Notes under the pieces: generated by a model
Databases searched by the model: none
Seen by the model: the letters and a program-made list of their open reading frames with translations, nothing else
Told to the model about the DNA's origin: nothing
Part shown: positions 63,318 to 64,000 of the stretch, piece after piece
Position numbering within the stretch: position 1 is the first letter of the stretch
Layout of the letters: each line of letters begins with the position of its first letter
From: Ostrea edulis
Taxonomy: Eukaryota
Length of the DNA stretch: 64,000 nucleotides
NCBI RefSeq assembly: GCF_947568905.1
Contig: NC_079164.1
Span: forward strand, 45,012,001-45,076,000
Direction: 5' to 3'
Position numbers and translations under genes: made by a program

Positions 63318-63960
63318 CTGTGATCAAATACAGGAATGCACATTTAGTGTACTCATTGTTTATATTCATTATCTGACCCAATAGGTTTGACAATAACCAT
63401 ACGGTCGTACTGCCAATGTTAATATGTAGTGAATATCTAGTGCATTGGTTCCAACAATGTTATTGAAATACAGAATATCAATGTACAGTCAAAACTGCCA
63501 TAGCGACCCACTGTATTAAGCGACTCAGTGTCGTATTTGATCATAAAAAGTCCCTCCCCCCCCCCCCCCCCAAAGACATTATCCTATATATTGTACCTGT
63601 ATTAAAGACCATCTGTCTGACGCGACCAACGGCCATGATTTTTACAACCCTTTCGTGTAATTTCACGTAATTTTACCTTTATCTAACGACTGTACATTTT
63701 TCAATTACAATGTGATTCCTACTTTTGATGTCAGTTCAGCATGACTATTCTGGGAATTATCGCCCCTAACACTTTCGTTTTAAAATGCACAGGTAGTACT
63801 TCGGCGGTGATATTATTTAGTCGACCCTCTGAATCAATTATTATACCCAAGCTGTCAACATGCAGGGTTGTGTGTGGTTAATTAATAAAACCCAAGTTGT
63901 TGTTTATTTAACAAAATCAAGGATCAGGGAATCAAGGCCGGTGTGTTTGAAGGTGTAAAT
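49806..63960. repeat. Tandem segmental duplication, copy 2 (runs off the window end)
   Basis: Colinear with 32092-47620, lacking 43330-44281 and 47075-47439. Confidence 0.92.
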
Positions 63961-64000
63961 TTCAACAAACTTTAGGAAGTGCGGGGTAGATCGGAAATGA

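Overview
AT-rich, intron-rich animal genomic DNA, almost certainly from an oyster (Ostreidae), judged by dispersed ~166-bp HindIII/Cg170-type satellite arrays carried by Helentron-associated elements. One giant minus-strand gene runs through the whole window and is open at both ends. I traced 70 GT-AG exons with consistent phases by eye (~11.6 kb CDS, ~3,850 aa). Its architecture, N to C, is ~10 four-exon Cys-rich modules, an RKRR furin-type site, a beta-rich linker, a PAN/Apple-like domain and many FN3-like 'DxTPP..G.V.DG' repeats. An apparently intact, very young Ngaro-type tyrosine-recombinase (YR) retrotransposon (7861-13809, + strand) sits in a formerly 88-bp intron. It carries gag with zinc fingers, RT/RNase H, YR and an SGNH hydrolase, has identical split direct repeats A1..B1A2..B2, and shows a shared TAATA crossover core at both ends and at the B1/A2 junction. 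The RT and SGNH frames lack a usable AUG but each is preceded by a splice-acceptor-like motif. Other highlights: a minimal type I hammerhead ribozyme in an intron (15513-15556); a ~17.7-kb in-frame tandem duplication of 20 exons whose breakpoint lies inside an exon and whose empty sites confirm two MITE insertions; relics of a decayed exon module; and several non-autonomous DNA transposons (Kolobok-, Harbinger-, Tc1/mariner-like, pogo relic). All alignments and counts were done by eye; no database searches were run.
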